A stretch of 64,000 nt of DNA, taken from positions 45,446,001 through 45,510,000 of the forward strand of contig OZ024754.1 of NCBI GenBank assembly GCA_964016885.1. Reading direction: 5' to 3'. A program made the translations under genes and the position numbers. This DNA comes from Eledone cirrhosa (Eukaryota). This document shows positions 61,338-64,000 of this stretch, piece by piece. Below the pieces are notes generated by a model that saw only the letters and a list, made by a program, of their open reading frames with translations, was not told the origin of the DNA and ran no database searches. Each line of letters begins with the position of its first letter. Positions within the stretch are counted from its first letter, which is position 1.

Positions 61338-61382
61338 AATTGAACGAGTACTTTCATGCTTTCGCAATCTTCAGGTTCAATT
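61338..61382 (-). ncRNA. Type I minimal hammerhead ribozyme (family D)
   Basis: AATTGAAC-CTGAAGA-T TGC gaaa GCA T-GAAA-GTAC-TC-GTTCAATT: 8-bp stem I, GNRA-capped stem II, palindromic AGTACT stem III, CUC triplet. Confidence 0.8.
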
Positions 61383-61474
61383 CTGTGGTGACAGTCAAGT
61401 TTGCAATTTTCAACTGACAGTTGAAAATTGTAAACATGACAGTTGAAAATTGCAAAATTGACTGTCACCACAGA

Positions 61475-61519
61475 ATATGAACCTGAAGATTGCGAAAGCA
61501 TGAAAGTACTTATTCAATT
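61475..61519 (+). ncRNA. Hammerhead motif (family D), slightly decayed mirror copy
   Basis: Same core and stem II; triplet CUU and a stem I mismatch (TTATTCA in place of TCGTTCA). Confidence 0.65.
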
Positions 61520-62200
61520 AACACTTAACATTTAATATTCTACCATACTATTTCATTCTAATACCATTATACATTTTAAAGGATTGTAAATAAAACAAGT
61601 AAATCAGACAAAGTTGGAATTCCTTTTATTAATATATATATATATATATATATAGTCTTTTATTTCTAAAATTTCTAAACTTTCTAAGTATTTGACTCTA
61701 ACCATTATTTTCAGTATTACCACCCCACAGTAATTCCTCAATTTGTGTGTGTGGATGTGTGTGTGTGTCTGTGGGGGTGGGTGTGAGTGTATGTGCAAGT
61801 CAACCTACATAAGTCTTTTTACTTGTAAATTTTCTAGTATTCTACTCTAACCATAATTTTCAGTAGTACCAATCCACATACATTCCTCAATTTAAGAATG
61901 ACCCGTAGTATCGAATTTCATACTATTAACCTCAATTGAATATATATCTGACCAGGAATGCTTTTTGTGAAAATCAGTCATATGGAACTATTGTCATCTT
62001 GCCTGACAGATTGGACTTTACAGCACCACCTGCCTCTTTGAGGTCAAGTACCAACCTTACTAGCATCTACAAACTGACCAGTGAGAATTAAGACTATTCC
62101 TGCTGACAACATTAAATTATTCCTAACAAGTTCATATGTCCCAAGGCTCTGATACCATCAACACCATAAACATAGAGCTGGCATATCTAAGAACTGACTA

Positions 62201-62256
62201 ACTTCCTGATGAGGCCATAGCCATTCAATGGCTATCATCGAAATATATATAGCAGT
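62201..62256 (+). ncRNA. Hammerhead ribozyme motif related to family A
   Basis: ACTTC-CTGATGA-GGcc ATAGCCAT tca ATGGCTAT caTC-GAAA-TATATA-TA-GCAGT then AATAAA; one mismatch in stem I. Confidence 0.7.
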
Positions 62257-62300
62257 AAATAAAGGATTATGAGTTCATGCAATTGACTTATGTTTCGTCA

Positions 62301-62411
<111 letters not shown>

Positions 62412-63801
62412 GAGGGAGAGAGAGAAAGAGGGAGAGAGAGAGGGGGTGAGTGAGTGTTATACGCTATTCTAAGATCGCTGTGATATCTACAAATGTTTCA
62501 TTACAGACAACCGTATGTAGCTTGCCATGTAGCTTGCCATGTTTGAAAAAAAATTGAACAGTTTTCATATGAAAATGAAAGTAGCATCTAAGTAATCCCA
62601 AAATATAATCTGCAGATAAGGAAAGAAGAGATGCTGATTTCATTATATTCCAAATAGTAATTTGGTAATTTTTATTTAAACTAGCGCTAGCAAACTTCGT
62701 TCTATATCAGTAATTAACTATGTATATATCACCAATTCTCTTACTATTTCTAATCTTTTTATATTTTCTTTATGTATGTGTCTATATTTATTTGGTTCTT
62801 TGTATAATCTCACTAAAATTAAAATATACCATCTTAGATAAGCAAAGAATTTGCTTGAATAAAACCATAATAGGTTAAACATTCAAATGCCAATAATCGT
62901 TGTACTGGCACTGACAGGAAACACATAGAATAATAGCTAATATGTAATACCTAATATGTATCATACAACGATGTCTTCGTACGAATCCTATTTATGAGAA
63001 GCGAGTGTACTGTAAAGCTAACAAGTATGACATGAAGTTGTGATGCTGTGATAGAATAAATATTACATGTGTAGGAATGAGTGAAAGAGAGTGAGAAAGA
63101 TATATAACCAGAGATAGAGAGAAACGACGACAAAAGGATCAGAGAGAAACATAGACAGACTGAGAGGGAGAGGGGTGTTTGGAAGATAATGTGCTTTTTA
63201 TCAGCTATGCTGAATGTAGTTAAATTCAGTAAATTATGCGCCATTTAACCCTCACGTAGAGAGATCTTCATATGTGAATATAGAATTAAAAAAGTGTTTC
63301 ATTTAAACATCATTCGCTCGTAGGTTTGCCTTTTTTTTTCACGTGTCAAGAATAATTAAAGGTAGCTGTAGAATTAAAGAATTAAACTCATTTCCCTTTT
63401 CCCATTGCATTATTTATGATAAAAACAAGCGAGTCTGCAATACAAAAGCAATCACCTTGGTTTACTGCATGGCTGTCTGTCTTATTATCCGCCTTTCTTT
63501 TTGTATACCTTACAGGCATGTTGGTTGAGTTTTTAGTCATATAGCGTGTTGTGTGATTGTGTGAAGGATGATCTCTTACAAACAGACTGCAGTTGCTAAT
63601 TTCATTATATTCCAAACTGGAATTAGATAATTCTTATTTAAACTGCGGCAAGCGAATGCCACTTTCTGTATGCCAAGTTCACTCATTATATCAGACCTTT
63701 TCTTCCTTTTTACTTCTATTTCTTTATTTCTTTAATTAACTATTTAGCCGTATACACACGTGTGTGTGTGGGGGGGTGTGGGTGTGCGTGCGTGCGTGCG
63801 T

Positions 63802-63832
<31 letters not shown>

Positions 63833-64000
63833 CGTCTTTCTTTTTTGTTTTATTTCTATTTTATAAATCTTCGTTTGACATACCACCAACACATTTTCAA
63901 ATGTATAATAGCCGTAGAATTTTTCCTCTCTAACACAATTACTACATTTCTTATCATCGTTATAATCACACACCGCCTACCACAAAACCACTAATACCAT

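Larger units (their letters stand above)
61221..61636. repeat. ~415-bp imperfect palindrome with a ~22-bp tandem duplication near the axis
   Basis: TATATTAATAAAAGGAATTCCAAC... pairs with ...GTTGGAATTCCTTTTATTAATATA; inner axis CAACTG-A-CAGTTG at ~61417. Confidence 0.92.

Overview
AT-rich, microsatellite-saturated animal genomic DNA with no recognisable host protein-coding gene. The SINE tails and repeat content suggest an octopus or other coleoid cephalopod (inference). Most listed ORFs are translations of (TA)n, (CA)n, (GA)n or (CAT)n tracts. The real content is mobile DNA: (1) three copies of a Tx1/L1-clade LINE, each with (GATA)n on both sides, one carrying a long APE-RT-zf ORF broken by one in-frame stop; (2) four copies of a ~605-bp non-coding RTE-derived element in TA/TACA tracts; (3) several RTE LINE fragments; (4) a decayed Helitron helicase region split by an RTE fragment; (5) tRNA-derived SINEs and mariner-type MITEs. 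The most notable signal is about 13 type I hammerhead ribozyme (HHR) motifs, intact or decayed, read by eye on both strands. They form several families with compensatory stem changes. Six lie within 60.4-62.3 kb, including two adjacent ~420-440-bp palindromes that each carry one outward-facing hammerhead per strand. These resemble the minimal hammerheads of Penelope-like elements, but no Penelope ORF is visible. All alignments and folds were done by eye.
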